Positions 30,292-41,024 of a DNA stretch of 64,000 bases are shown in pieces. Both the position numbers and the translations under genes were made by a program. Under the pieces are notes generated by a model, which was given only the letters and a program-made list of their open reading frames with translations, searched no databases and was not told the origin of the DNA. The DNA is from an uncultured Acidobacteriota bacterium (GTDB lineage: Bacteria > Acidobacteriota > Vicinamibacteria > Vicinamibacterales > UBA8438). The stretch spans positions 1 through 64,000 of the forward strand of contig CAJWLU010000018.1 of assembly GCA_913043225.1 (NCBI GenBank), in the 5' to 3' direction. How positions within the stretch are numbered: position 1 is the first letter of the stretch; each line of letters begins with the position of its first letter.

Positions 30292-31275
30292 ATGACCCGG
30301 AGGGCTGTCTTTATTATCGCCACGTGGAGTGTCATCGCTGGTGTCGTCGGGTGCGGAACGGCGGTTGACAGCCAGGAGCCGCGACGTCCCAGAAGCGTCG
30401 AGGAGTTCGACGCCATGTTCCAGGAGCTGAACAACTGGGGACGCTGGGGGGCGGATGATCAGCTCGGGACGATGAACCTCGTGACCCCCGAGAAGACCCG
30501 TGAAGCGGCCGCTCTCGTGGAGAGTGGCCGAACGGTCTCGCTGTCGCACAACCCGATGAAGGACGAGTTCGTCGACAATCCGGACGCCGCGTTCAATCAC
30601 ACCATGGGCCGCACGTTTCGGAGTGACACGTTCGAGTTCACCTACCATGGGTATGGCGTAAGCCACATCGATTCGTTGTGTCACTTCCTCTGGAACGACC
30701 GGATGTACAACGACATCGACCCAGCCGAGAGTAGTCCCGAGGGATGCGGTAAGCTGGGAATCGAGAACCTCAAGCAGGGCATCATCACCCGCGGGATTCT
30801 GCTCGACTTTCCGCAGTTGCAGGGTGTTGACTATCTCGAACCCCAGACCCCCATCTACATCGAGGATATCGAGGCGTGGGAAGAGATGGCGGGCGTCCAG
30901 GTGTCACCCGGAGACGCGATTTTCATCCGAACGGGACGCTGGGCACTTCGGGCCGAACAGGGACCGTTCCAGGTGTCTGGCAACAGCGCCGGTCTTCATG
31001 CTTCGGTTTTGCCCTGGATCAAGGAGCGGGGCGTGGCGCTGGTGGGCAGCGATGTGGCCACCGACGTGATGCCGTCGATGGTCGATGGTGTTGGCCAGCC
31101 GGTGCACACCATGCTGATTGCGGGCTTCGGTACTAACATCTTCGACAACATGGATCTTGAAGCGCTCGCGGAGGCGGCCGCCGAGGAAGGCCGCTGGGAA
31201 TTTATGTTGACCGCGGGACCGATTCCGGTCGACGGCGGGACCGGTTCTCCGCTCAACCCGATCGCAGTTTTTTGA
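30292..31275 (+). CDS. Cyclase/kynurenine formamidase-family metal hydrolase, probable lipoprotein
   Basis: Lipobox-like VVGC; NNWGRWG.DD.LGTMN, HGYGVSHIDSLCH, RGILLD, GD.IFIRTG, GGTGSPLNPIA. Confidence 0.88.
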   Translation: MTRRAVFIIATWSVIAGVVGCGTAVDSQEPRRPRSVEEFDAMFQELNNWGRWGADDQLGTMNLVTPEKTREAAALVESGRTVSLSHNPMKDEFVDNPDAAFNHTMGRTFRSDTFEFTYHGYGVSHIDSLCHFLWNDRMYNDIDPAESSPEGCGKLGIENLKQGIITRGILLDFPQLQGVDYLEPQTPIYIEDIEAWEEMAGVQVSPGDAIFIRTGRWALRAEQGPFQVSGNSAGLHASVLPWIKERGVALVGSDVATDVMPSMVDGVGQPVHTMLIAGFGTNIFDNMDLEALAEAAAEEGRWEFMLTAGPIPVDGGTGSPLNPIAVF

Positions 31276-31296
31276 CCTGAAGAGGTTTAAGACGGC

Positions 31297-31559
31297 CTAC
31301 GAGTACATCGCCGTGCGGAGCGCACCTTCGGTGTCCGGCGCGTTTCCCGCGGAGCCTCCATATACAGCCGGTCGTTCCAACTGGTAGGGATAGGCACTCC
31401 GAACCTGATCTAGGGGGAGCATGACGCCGTAGAGGCGGCAAGGTTCACCGACATTCCCGTCGCCGTGTTTTCGGGCACTCCGGTGACCGGTGCGAACATG
31501 TGGTATCTGATTTGTGCGTCGTCGTGTTCCACCTCGAGTGAGAATGCCATTAAGGTCAC
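31297..31559 (-). pseudogene. Degraded PhzF-family epimerase C-terminal fragment
   Basis: MAFSLEVEHDDAQIRYHMFAPVTGVPENTATG resembles the PhzF xRMFAPxxGVPEDPATG motif; then frameshift/stop; N-terminal half missing. Confidence 0.55.
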
Positions 31560-31597
31560 ACGTGACTTTTTCGTGGGACCTGGAGAGGATTGGGGCC

Positions 31598-32008
31598 ATG
31601 AGCGAACGTTCGACCCCTCGGGTTTTCCCCGTGGTGCGATACGAGGATGCGCCTGCCGCGTTCCAATGGCTTTCGAGGGCCTTCGGGTTTGAGAAACAGA
31701 TGGTCGTGCCTGGTCCAAAGGGGACGATCTCGCACGCGCAGCTGCGTTACGGCGCCAGCGTGGTGATGATTGGCACCGCCCAGGAAGACGAATTACGGTT
31801 GCGCAACCCGGCTGCATTGGGTGGAGTGACCCAGGCCCTCTACGTGCACGTCGACGATGTCGATGCGCACCACGATCGGGCCCTGGCCGCGGGGGCCGAG
31901 ATCATCGTCGGGCTCGAGGACACCCCCTACGGCTCACGGGAGTATGCGGCCCGTGATCTCGAAGGACACGTGTGGAGCTTCGGCAACTACGCGCCAGAAC
32001 TCAAGTGA
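31598..32008 (+). CDS. VOC/glyoxalase-bleomycin resistance family protein
   Basis: RYEDA.AA..WL..AFGF, HAQL, YVHVDDVDAH..RA.AAGA, YGSREY.ARDLEGH.WSF. Confidence 0.92.
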   Translation: MSERSTPRVFPVVRYEDAPAAFQWLSRAFGFEKQMVVPGPKGTISHAQLRYGASVVMIGTAQEDELRLRNPAALGGVTQALYVHVDDVDAHHDRALAAGAEIIVGLEDTPYGSREYAARDLEGHVWSFGNYAPELK

Positions 32009-32016
32009 GCGATTCT

Positions 32017-33075
32017 TCAGCGCACCTGTAGCGTCTCGTCGAGCTCGACGGCAACGCTACCGAAACGCATGTCGCCCACCTCTACCAGGTAGCCGTCGGC
32101 CGCTGCTTCGACCCGGTAGAACGGCAACCGGCTCCAAGTGGCCAGGCCGCGCACTTCCGGGGACGCGAGTGCCGCGGTCGCGGCCGGATGGTCATCGCCG
32201 ATCGGCACCTCAGGGCCGAGTGGGGTGACGCCCTCTCCCCAGACGAACGAGATGCGATGGTAGTGCCGATTGTCGGCAAGGATGACCGATTTGGCCAGGG
32301 GGTTGCCTGGCGCCGGACTCATCATGATGCGCAGCGGCTCGATCTCTCGATTGCGCGCCCAGTCGACCACCCGGGCGCGGGCGAGCTGCGAGCTCGTCAC
32401 CATGGCGCCAACGTAGAGCAGCGCGACGCTCAGGCAGACGGTCGTAAGCCTGGGGAGTGGCCACCCAGTGCCGCGGTGGCGTATCACTGCGATGGCCGTC
32501 AGGCCGACCGCCCACCCCCACCGCGCGGCGGCTGGCACGTCCGGCACTCCGAGTACCAGCAGCGAGGCTATCGCCGCGAGGGCGATCCAGCCGGCGAGGG
32601 CCAGTGGGTCGCGGCTGTGCGCCATCACTGCCACGGTGCCGAGAAGCAGCCACACCCATGGATCCACGATAAACAGCGTGTCGCCGTAGAACCATTCTCT
32701 GCTGAACGGCATGAGCAGCCTGACGCCGTAGGTGTTGAGCCAATCCATGGCTGGGTGCGAGAGCACCGAGAGGTAGGACAGCGCGATGAGGCGTCGGATT
32801 GGCACCGGGGTCGCGTCGGGGTTGCGCCGACAGCGGATCCGGTCCACCAGGTGCATGGCCCAACCCAGGACCAGGGGGAGCACGGCCATCGCCAGGACGC
32901 CGTGTGTCCACCCCCGTCGCACCAAAAGTGCCAGGTCACTGCCGATGAAGTAGGTCGCGGCGTCGACGTCCGGCAGGTTTGCCCCGACGACCAGGGTGGT
33001 GGTGCCGAGCGGCACCCGCCCTAAGCGGGTCTGTGCCAGGGACGCGCCAACGAGCGTGTGGGTAAGGGGATCCAT
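32017..33075 (-). CDS. Membrane-bound metal-dependent hydrolase (YdjM-like)
   Basis: MDPLTHTLVG, NLPDVD, RRGWTH, SHP.MDWLNTYG, IVDPW. Confidence 0.88.
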   Translation of the reverse strand: MDPLTHTLVGASLAQTRLGRVPLGTTTLVVGANLPDVDAATYFIGSDLALLVRRGWTHGVLAMAVLPLVLGWAMHLVDRIRCRRNPDATPVPIRRLIALSYLSVLSHPAMDWLNTYGVRLLMPFSREWFYGDTLFIVDPWVWLLLGTVAVMAHSRDPLALAGWIALAAIASLLVLGVPDVPAAARWGWAVGLTAIAVIRHRGTGWPLPRLTTVCLSVALLYVGAMVTSSQLARARVVDWARNREIEPLRIMMSPAPGNPLAKSVILADNRHYHRISFVWGEGVTPLGPEVPIGDDHPAATAALASPEVRGLATWSRLPFYRVEAAADGYLVEVGDMRFGSVAVELDETLQVR

Positions 33076-33159
33076 ATACGGGCTGCCAAGGATACCCGGA
33101 GTCCTGCGGCGGGCGCAGGTAACATAGATGGCTCGGCTCTCGGAAAGGAACGGTGAAGA

Positions 33160-34059
33160 GTGGCAGGATCTTCGATTCTGAGTGACGCCCCGATTGCGTT
33201 CATCGGCGCGGGGGCGATGGGTGAGGCGATGATCGGGGGGCTGCTCCAGCGCAATCTCCTCGAGCCCGAGGCGATCACCGCGTCGGATCTCGACCAAGAG
33301 TGCCTCGACGGCGTGCAGGCGCAGTTCGGCGTGCGCACAACCACGGGGAACCGGGCCGCGGCGCGACAGGCTCGGATCGTCGTCCTGTCGGTCAAGCCGC
33401 AGGTACTCGCTGCGGTGTGTGCCGATCTGAACGGCTCGTTGCGCCGGAATAGCCTCGTGATCTCCATCGTGGCCGGCGCTCGCATCGCGTCGATGTCGTC
33501 AAGTCTCGGGCATTCCGCGATTGTCCGTACCATGCCGAATACACCCGCGCAGATCGGGGAGGGGATGACCGTGTGGACCGCGACCGAGGCGGTGTCCGAT
33601 CGCCAGCGCGCGCAGGCCGGCGTCGTGCTCGGCGCGCTCGGCAAGCAGCTCTATGTGAACGACGAGTCGTTTCTCGACAAGGCGACCGCGGTGAGCGGCA
33701 GTGGTCCGGCCTACGTCTTCATGCTGATGGAGGCGCTCATAGATGCGGCGGTGCATCTCGGTTGGTCCCGTAGCGACGCCAAGGAAATGGTTATCCAGAC
33801 CGTGCGTGGTTCGGCCATGTTCGCCGAGCGCTCGCCGGTGCACCTGGCGGAGATGCGCGACATGGTCACTTCGCCGGGCGGCACCACGGCGGACGCCATC
33901 TACCAGCTGGACAAGGGCGCGTTTCGTACCGTGCTGTCCAAGGCTGTGATGGCCGCCCATGAGCGGAGCGTCGCGCTCGGCGAGCTCGACGAAGCCCGGT
34001 CGCAAGCCGCGAAGGCGCCGAAGCGGAAGCCGCGCGCCCGGGCCACCAAACGCCGGTAG
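33160..34059 (+). CDS. proC: Pyrroline-5-carboxylate reductase
   Basis: FIGAGAMG, SVKPQ, SIVAG, RTMPNTP, SGSGPAY, VTSPGGTT. Confidence 0.96.
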   Translation: MAGSSILSDAPIAFIGAGAMGEAMIGGLLQRNLLEPEAITASDLDQECLDGVQAQFGVRTTTGNRAAARQARIVVLSVKPQVLAAVCADLNGSLRRNSLVISIVAGARIASMSSSLGHSAIVRTMPNTPAQIGEGMTVWTATEAVSDRQRAQAGVVLGALGKQLYVNDESFLDKATAVSGSGPAYVFMLMEALIDAAVHLGWSRSDAKEMVIQTVRGSAMFAERSPVHLAEMRDMVTSPGGTTADAIYQLDKGAFRTVLSKAVMAAHERSVALGELDEARSQAAKAPKRKPRARATKRR

Positions 34060-34064
34060 CGTCT

Positions 34065-35336
34065 GTGTCTGTTGGGGCTGCGTTCAATCTCGTCGCACTG
34101 GTGGTGACCCTCGCCGCCGTGTGCGGGTGGGTGAATCATCGCTGGTTCCGCCTGCCGCACACGATCGGTCTGGTCGTCATCGCGCTGGCCGTCTCGCTGC
34201 TCGCGCTTGGCCTCGACATGGTGGCGCCCGGCCTTGCCATCGGTCCTACGGTTCGAGGCACGCTGACCCGGATCGACTTTCACGAGACACTGATGACCGG
34301 CATGCTCGGGTTCCTGCTGTTCGCCGGAGCGCTACATGTCGACCTGGATCAGCTGGTCCGGCGACGCTGGGCCATCGGATCGCTGGCGACGGTGGGCATT
34401 CTGACGTCGACCGGGATCGTGGCTGGTGCGACAGCGCTTCTCACCAGATGGATGGGGCTTGATATTCCGTTCGCGTATTGCCTGGTGTTCGGAGCCTTGA
34501 TCTCACCGACCGACCCTATTGCCGTGCTCGGGATCCTCAGGAAGACGGAGGTCCCCGAGGCACTCGAGGCCAAGATCGCCGGCGAGAGTCTCTTCAACGA
34601 CGGCGTCGGCGTCGTGCTGTTCACCATCCTGGCGGCCCTGGCCACCGGTGAGGCAGGCCATGGGGCTGACCTGACAGCATTCGGGGTCGTCCGGTTATTT
34701 CTGACCGAGGCGGTCGGCGGCGCCGCGCTCGGATTCGGCGCCGGGTATTTGGCGTATCGCGCGATGCGCGCGATCGACGAGCATACCCTCGAGGTCCTGA
34801 TCACGTTGGCGCTTGTCATGGGGACCTACGCCCTTGCGCTGCAACTGCACCTATCCGGCCCGATCGCCATGGTGGTGGCGGGACTCTTCATCGGAAACCA
34901 CGGCACACGATTCGCGATGACCGAGGGCACACGCGATCACGTCGAGAAGTTCTGGGCGTTGCTCGACGAGGTGCTGAACTCGCTGCTCTTCTTGGCGATC
35001 GGGGTCGAGGTATTCGCGCTGTCGTTGACCCCGGCAATGTTCGTGATCGCGGCCACGGCCATTCCCCTTGTCCTCGCGGCGCGCTTTGTCAGTGTCGGGC
35101 TTCCAGTGCGGCTTTTGTCCCGCTGGCAGGAGTTCACCCCAGGCGCGGTCCCGGTGCTGACCTGGGGCGGGCTCCGGGGCGGCATCTCGGTGGCGCTGGC
35201 GCTCTCGCTGCCGCCATCGCCCATCCGGGACCAGATCCTGGCCGCCACCTATGGCGTGGTCGTGTTTTCCATCGTTGTCCAAGGGTTGACGATCGAGCGG
35301 GTGGTCCGGTCCACCGTGTCCGCCCCGACGACGTAG
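34065..35336 (+). CDS. CPA1/NhaP-type Na+/H+ antiporter
   Basis: LLFAGALH, ISPTDPIAV, GESLFNDG, TWGGLRGGISVALAL, SIVVQGLT. Confidence 0.93.
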   Translation: MSVGAAFNLVALVVTLAAVCGWVNHRWFRLPHTIGLVVIALAVSLLALGLDMVAPGLAIGPTVRGTLTRIDFHETLMTGMLGFLLFAGALHVDLDQLVRRRWAIGSLATVGILTSTGIVAGATALLTRWMGLDIPFAYCLVFGALISPTDPIAVLGILRKTEVPEALEAKIAGESLFNDGVGVVLFTILAALATGEAGHGADLTAFGVVRLFLTEAVGGAALGFGAGYLAYRAMRAIDEHTLEVLITLALVMGTYALALQLHLSGPIAMVVAGLFIGNHGTRFAMTEGTRDHVEKFWALLDEVLNSLLFLAIGVEVFALSLTPAMFVIAATAIPLVLAARFVSVGLPVRLLSRWQEFTPGAVPVLTWGGLRGGISVALALSLPPSPIRDQILAATYGVVVFSIVVQGLTIERVVRSTVSAPTT

Positions 35337-35346
35337 GCCCATGCCG

Positions 35347-35548
35347 ATGTCCGAACAGTCCATACGAATCGGCGACCATCGGGTTGATCTGTACGCTCGG
35401 TCAGGGTGGTATGGGTGTTGCTCGCGCTGCCGTCGAAGAGAAGTTCGATTGTCAGGTTGCCGTCAAGACGATTCGCGACCGCTAGAGCGGGTCGGTCGTC
35501 AGAGATCTTCTGAGGTGGCCAGCGAGAGCCGCGCCCGCCCTGAGTCAC
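35347..35548 (+). pseudogene. Remnant of Hanks-type Ser/Thr protein kinase N-lobe
   Basis: MSEQSIRIGDHRV, +1 frameshift, LGQGGMG (Gly loop), QVAVKTI, TAG at 35483-35485, ARAAPALSH; then truncated. Confidence 0.75.
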
Positions 35549-35579
35549 GAGCCCGGGCCCGCGGCGCCTTGGGTTGTAG

Positions 35580-36365
35580 TTAGGTCCCCGGCTGGACGAT
35601 CTCGATGAAGACGTCGTCTGGTCCCATCACGAACGAAATCTGCATTTCCTGACCGAGCGGGTTCGTGTATGGGCGAGGCTCCATCGTGAACTCGACCCCC
35701 TGGGCCCGGATGTCTGCCGCGGCCGCTTCCAGGTTGGGGAAGGCGAACCCCAGGTGGTCGATGGCCGTTCCGCGAGTGCCGGCGGGGGCGTCGGCCTGTC
35801 GCGCCAGCAGCCAGACTCCGCCGTAGCGGAGACCCGGGATCATGCCTTTGAGGTTGTCGCGCTCGCCGCCGAAGATTCGCTCGTACCAGTCGATGGCTGC
35901 TTCCGGATCCGCTGAGGCTAGATGGATGTGGTGGAAAGCCGGCCACTCGGCGTCTTCGACCGCCTCGATTCGGGTGCCCCACGGATCGGTCAGGAACGCC
36001 AGCTTGAACAGTCCTTCGACCTCATGAATCGGCTGGTCAGGGTTCTCCAGGTCCAGTCCGGCCGCCTGCCACTCGGCTACCTTGGCCTCGAGGTCTGGGA
36101 ACGAGAAGCCGATGTGGTCCACTCCCGTGCCGACCGATGGCGCCGCGTCCGGACGGTCACCGAACCAGATCATTTGGGTTGACCCGATCTGGCACGCGCC
36201 GTCGCGCCCGAAGTCCTCGCACCCCATGTGCTCTGTGTACCACGCGGCGGCTGCCTTGGTGTCTGGCGCCGAGAAGTGCATGTGGTGATAGTCGGACTGG
36301 GCGTGCGCCACAGCCGGACTCAGCGCTAGCAACGTCAAGGCGAGGGTGCTGGAAAGGGCTTTCAT
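35580..36365 (-). CDS. Exported two-domain VOC-family protein
   Basis: Signal peptide AHA-Q; tandem HHMH/HHIH...DHIGF/DHLGF...DPWG.RIE / GPDDV.IE. Confidence 0.85.
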   Translation of the reverse strand: MKALSSTLALTLLALSPAVAHAQSDYHHMHFSAPDTKAAAAWYTEHMGCEDFGRDGACQIGSTQMIWFGDRPDAAPSVGTGVDHIGFSFPDLEAKVAEWQAAGLDLENPDQPIHEVEGLFKLAFLTDPWGTRIEAVEDAEWPAFHHIHLASADPEAAIDWYERIFGGERDNLKGMIPGLRYGGVWLLARQADAPAGTRGTAIDHLGFAFPNLEAAAADIRAQGVEFTMEPRPYTNPLGQEMQISFVMGPDDVFIEIVQPGT

Positions 36366-36390
36366 CGGTTACTCCTTGGGCCAGCCGCCT

Positions 36391-37161
36391 CTACTCGGGG
36401 ATGTTCGGCACCACCATCTCCTGGTAGCCGTCCGGAGCGGCGAATGGGTTGTCGGCGAACGCGGTCTGGTCAAGTGCCTGCAGGGTGATCGTGGTTGCTC
36501 CCGCGGTGTCGTCGACGACGAGCCGTACCACACTACCGTCGGGCAGGTTGGTGGCCTCGCGCATTTGGCGGAAACGCAGCAACTGCTGCTGCGGGCCTGC
36601 CATGCCGCCGCCGAGCATCGGTATCTGCATCGCCTCGAGTGCGTTGCCCATCCTGGCGAACAGTTCAAACAGTCCACTATCGAGGTCCGATGCGATCCAC
36701 ATGGTGGCGGTCTGACCCTCCTCCATGCCGGTAATGCGCACGCCGCTCGCCGACCAGGACCCCACCGTGGCGGTCTCGCCGGTCGGCTCGAACCGGATCA
36801 CAGAGAGATCAACGTCGGGCGTGTCCCCGCCGCCGCCCCCTCCGGACAGCCGCTGCATCATCTGCCGCATCATCTGGAACTGCTGCTCGCCCCATTCCAT
36901 GTAGCGCTGTTCCGCGTGCTGAATCATCAGCATGCTCGGTGCGTTGCCGGAACGCCACACGAGCGAGACATCCTGGCCCTGCGACATGTCGATGCGGACG
37001 TTGTTCGGGTTCATCCAGTAGTCCATGCTCATTGCCGGCGAGCCTGGCGCCTGGATGTCGATGGTGGCCTTGAGATCCTGGGCCGTTGCGGTCGCCGCTA
37101 CGAGGAGGGCGGGCAGGACGCCAAGGCCGTACCAGCGACCGTTGGTACCGGTCGACGTCAT
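36391..37161 (-). CDS. Exported hypothetical protein (DUF4412-like)
   Basis: Signal peptide ATA-Q; VRIDM, TGET.TVG, terminal F..PDGY; AGGAG RBS. Confidence 0.7.
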   Translation of the reverse strand: MTSTGTNGRWYGLGVLPALLVAATATAQDLKATIDIQAPGSPAMSMDYWMNPNNVRIDMSQGQDVSLVWRSGNAPSMLMIQHAEQRYMEWGEQQFQMMRQMMQRLSGGGGGGDTPDVDLSVIRFEPTGETATVGSWSASGVRITGMEEGQTATMWIASDLDSGLFELFARMGNALEAMQIPMLGGGMAGPQQQLLRFRQMREATNLPDGSVVRLVVDDTAGATTITLQALDQTAFADNPFAAPDGYQEMVVPNIPE

Positions 37162-37174
37162 CGTAGCTCCTGGT

Positions 37175-37267
37175 CTACTTCTTCTTGGAAACGACCACGT
37201 ACACCATGAGGATGTGTAGCGCGAACGCCCCGACGCCGGTGATCAGCACGAGCAGCAGTGAATTCAT
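37175..37267 (-). CDS. 30-aa single-pass membrane microprotein
   Basis: MNSLLLVLITGVGAFALHILMVYVVVSKKK; GGAG RBS 10 nt upstream; GC-rich third positions; absent from ORF track. Confidence 0.65.
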   Translation of the reverse strand: MNSLLLVLITGVGAFALHILMVYVVVSKKK

Positions 37268-37310
37268 CAGTCGATAACTCCGTTAGTCCGGTTGAGAGTC
37301 GCGGACCATT

Positions 37311-38390
<1,080 letters not shown>

Positions 38391-38407
38391 CTAGCCGGCC
38401 TTGGTGG

Positions 38408-38560
38408 TCAGTTGCTCTTCTGGGTCTCGGCCACCTCGATGGACCGGTTGGCTCGCACCGCGGTGCAAGCCGCATCGAGGTCGTCGCCGAAGACCAGCAC
38501 ACTCGTCGTGACGTCCTGGCTCGCCACCAGCGTCGACAGGATGGTGCCGACGGTTGCCCT
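38408..38560 (-). pseudogene. Start-less 3' gene fragment of unknown family
   Basis: Open frame ATVGTILSTLVASQDVTTSVLVFGDDLDAACTAVRANRSIEVAETQKSN* with almost all G/C third positions; upstream in-frame TAG and no convincing start. Confidence 0.4.
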
Positions 38561-38712
38561 GGTAACGTGGCTTGAATCCCTGGCTCCCTCAATATCGTTC
38601 TACCCTGTTCTAAGATACTCGCCCTATTGGGTGGTGCCCAGGCGGGTCACTGTCGTTGCATAATCTGCTCCGTGCGTCCCGTGGGACAGTAGAGAAAGGC
38701 GACACTCGGCAT

Positions 38713-39555
38713 ATGACGGGCACTTATTCCGACGTCACACCGATCACCCCGGTCCTGGGGGGCATGGTCACAGGGCTAGATCTTTCCGCTCCACTTTCCC
38801 TGGAGCAGTTCGAGGTGCTCGAGCAGGCGCTGCACGACCATCAGGTACTCTTTTTTCGAGAGCAACCGATGACCCTCGAGCAGCACAAGTCGCTGGGCGG
38901 GCGTTTTGGTGAGCTACACGTGCATCCGGCCGCGCCCAAGGGCGCCGAGCACCCCGAGGTGCTCGTGGTCCACGCCGACGCGGAATCCACCTTCGTGCCC
39001 GGAGGGCTCTGGCACTCCGACGTCTCGTGTGACGAGATTCCACCGATGGCCAGCATATTGCGCATCGAGCAGCTGCCCGCCACCGGTGGCGACACGATGT
39101 TCTCGAGTATGTATGCCGCCTATGAGGCGCTGTCGGACCGGATGCAGCGGCTACTAGGGGAGCTGACGGCGGTGCATGAAGGCCGCCAGTACTACGTCGG
39201 ACGCTATGGCGACGGTCATTTGCGGGACGAGAGCTATCCGTCTGCTGAACATCCGGCGCTCAGGACCCATCCCCGAACGGGTCGAACCGCGCTCTATGTG
39301 AACGAGGGGTTCACGGTCGGATTCAAGGAGCTGAAGCGAGCCGAAAGCGACGCGCTGCTGGCGTTCCTGATCAAGCACTGCGCCTCGCCCGAGTTTACCT
39401 GCCGCTTCCGGTGGGAGGCCAACTCGGTGGCCTTCTGGGACAACCGATGCACCCAGCATTTTGCCATCTGGGACTATTACCCCCAGACGCGTCACGGCTA
39501 CCGGGTGGCGGTCAAGGGCGACCGGCCTTTCTACGCGCCACCGACTGCTGGCTAG
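38713..39555 (+). CDS. TauD/TfdA-family Fe(II)/2-oxoglutarate dioxygenase
   Basis: WHSD, GGDT.F, HP..RTHP.TGR..LYVN, FWDNR.TQH, R facial-triad motifs. Confidence 0.92.
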   Translation: MTGTYSDVTPITPVLGGMVTGLDLSAPLSLEQFEVLEQALHDHQVLFFREQPMTLEQHKSLGGRFGELHVHPAAPKGAEHPEVLVVHADAESTFVPGGLWHSDVSCDEIPPMASILRIEQLPATGGDTMFSSMYAAYEALSDRMQRLLGELTAVHEGRQYYVGRYGDGHLRDESYPSAEHPALRTHPRTGRTALYVNEGFTVGFKELKRAESDALLAFLIKHCASPEFTCRFRWEANSVAFWDNRCTQHFAIWDYYPQTRHGYRVAVKGDRPFYAPPTAG

Positions 39556-41024
39556 CCGGTCAGCGCGCCAACTACTGTCACCGATAGGGTAATCGCGAAG
39601 GCGGCGACGATGGTCATCCAGATGCCGACCCTGACCATGTCCCGGATCGAGAAGTAGCCGGCCGAGTACGGCAGGACGTTGGTGGGGCTCTCGGTCACCA
39701 GGATGAAGGCGAGGGTCGAGGTGAAGGCGGCCGGCGCCGCGATCGTCCAGGCATCCAGTCCAAAGTCCAGCGCGAGGGCAAGGAGGATCGGCATGATCAG
39801 CGATCCGGTCACGGTGTTACTCGAGAACAGCAGGTGGAGCAGGGCCACCGCGATCACGATGACAAACGGCTGGAGCAGACCCGGTACCTGGACCAGATTC
39901 CCCAGGAGGAGTTGTGCGAGCCACCTGGCGGCGCCGCTCTCGAATACCTCGAGGCCGAGCGACAGCCCGGCCACGATCAGCATCACGCCGCCCCAGTCCA
40001 TGCTCCGCTGGGCCTCTTTCCAGTGCATAACCCGCATGCCGGGGAAGAACAGCGCCAGCCCGCCGGTCAACGCAACCGCCTGTACCGGCGGATCGAAACG
40101 TCCCGCTGTAAGGTCGGCCAGCCATGGGGTCGCGATCCAGGTCGCGATCGTCAGCGCAAAGACGGCCAGCGTTTTCCGTTCGACTGGCTCCAGGGCGCCG
40201 AGCTCTGCCAGCTTGGCGTCGACCTCGGCGCGCTCGTAGGGCAGGCGGTCCAGCTCGGGCGGGAAGCTCCACAGCAGCAGCCACCAGCCGGCCGGGATCA
40301 TTAAGATGGCGGCGGGCACCCCCATCAGCATCCACTCCCCGAACGAGATCGAGACGCCAGCGATCTCCTCCAGGTAGCTTAGGGCGATCAGGTTGGCGCC
40401 GGTGCCCGCCGGGGTGCCTATGCCACCGATGAGCGGGCCATAGGCACAGGAGATCATCAAGGCGCGCCCGAAGTTACTCTGAAGAGGCTTCAGTCCCGCG
40501 TCTTTGAGGACTCCCACCCCCAGCGGCAGCATCACCGCGGCCACCGCCATGTCGGTGATCCACATCGACAAGAAGGCGCCGACCGTGATGAACCCGAGCA
40601 GCACCCGGTCCGTCCGCGCTCCGGCCAGTCGGAGCACGTGCAGCACCATCCGGGTGCCGAGTCCCGATCGCGAGAAGCCGGTGGAGAGCATCAAGACGCC
40701 AATGAAGAACAGGATCAGCGGATTACCAAACCCGGCGTCGACCGCGGAAGCGAAGTCCGTCACGCCGAAAATCGGCAGCAGGATCAGGACCAGGAGCGAG
40801 GTCACTGGAAACGGCATCGCCTCGGTGACCCACAGTGTTACCGCGAACAGCAGGATGGCCAGGCAGGTCTTGCCGGGCGGCGTGAGAGCGATGAGCTCGT
40901 CGCCTCGCGCTATCGGTGGTGGCGACGGCAGCAGGTGCACGATTAGCAACAGGATTGTTGCTGCGAGTAGCGCCAGCGCCGGGCGACGATCGGATGGCGG
41001 CGATGTCGACGTCTGATCCGTCAT
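39552..41024 (-). CDS. SLC13/DASS-family anion transporter
   Basis: WVTEAMP, LSMWITD, GGIGTP.GT..N, DW...MLI..GL.LG, SSNT, PTN. Confidence 0.88.
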   Translation of the reverse strand: MTDQTSTSPPSDRRPALALLAATILLLIVHLLPSPPPIARGDELIALTPPGKTCLAILLFAVTLWVTEAMPFPVTSLLVLILLPIFGVTDFASAVDAGFGNPLILFFIGVLMLSTGFSRSGLGTRMVLHVLRLAGARTDRVLLGFITVGAFLSMWITDMAVAAVMLPLGVGVLKDAGLKPLQSNFGRALMISCAYGPLIGGIGTPAGTGANLIALSYLEEIAGVSISFGEWMLMGVPAAILMIPAGWWLLLWSFPPELDRLPYERAEVDAKLAELGALEPVERKTLAVFALTIATWIATPWLADLTAGRFDPPVQAVALTGGLALFFPGMRVMHWKEAQRSMDWGGVMLIVAGLSLGLEVFESGAARWLAQLLLGNLVQVPGLLQPFVIVIAVALLHLLFSSNTVTGSLIMPILLALALDFGLDAWTIAAPAAFTSTLAFILVTESPTNVLPYSAGYFSIRDMVRVGIWMTIVAAFAITLSVTVVGALTG

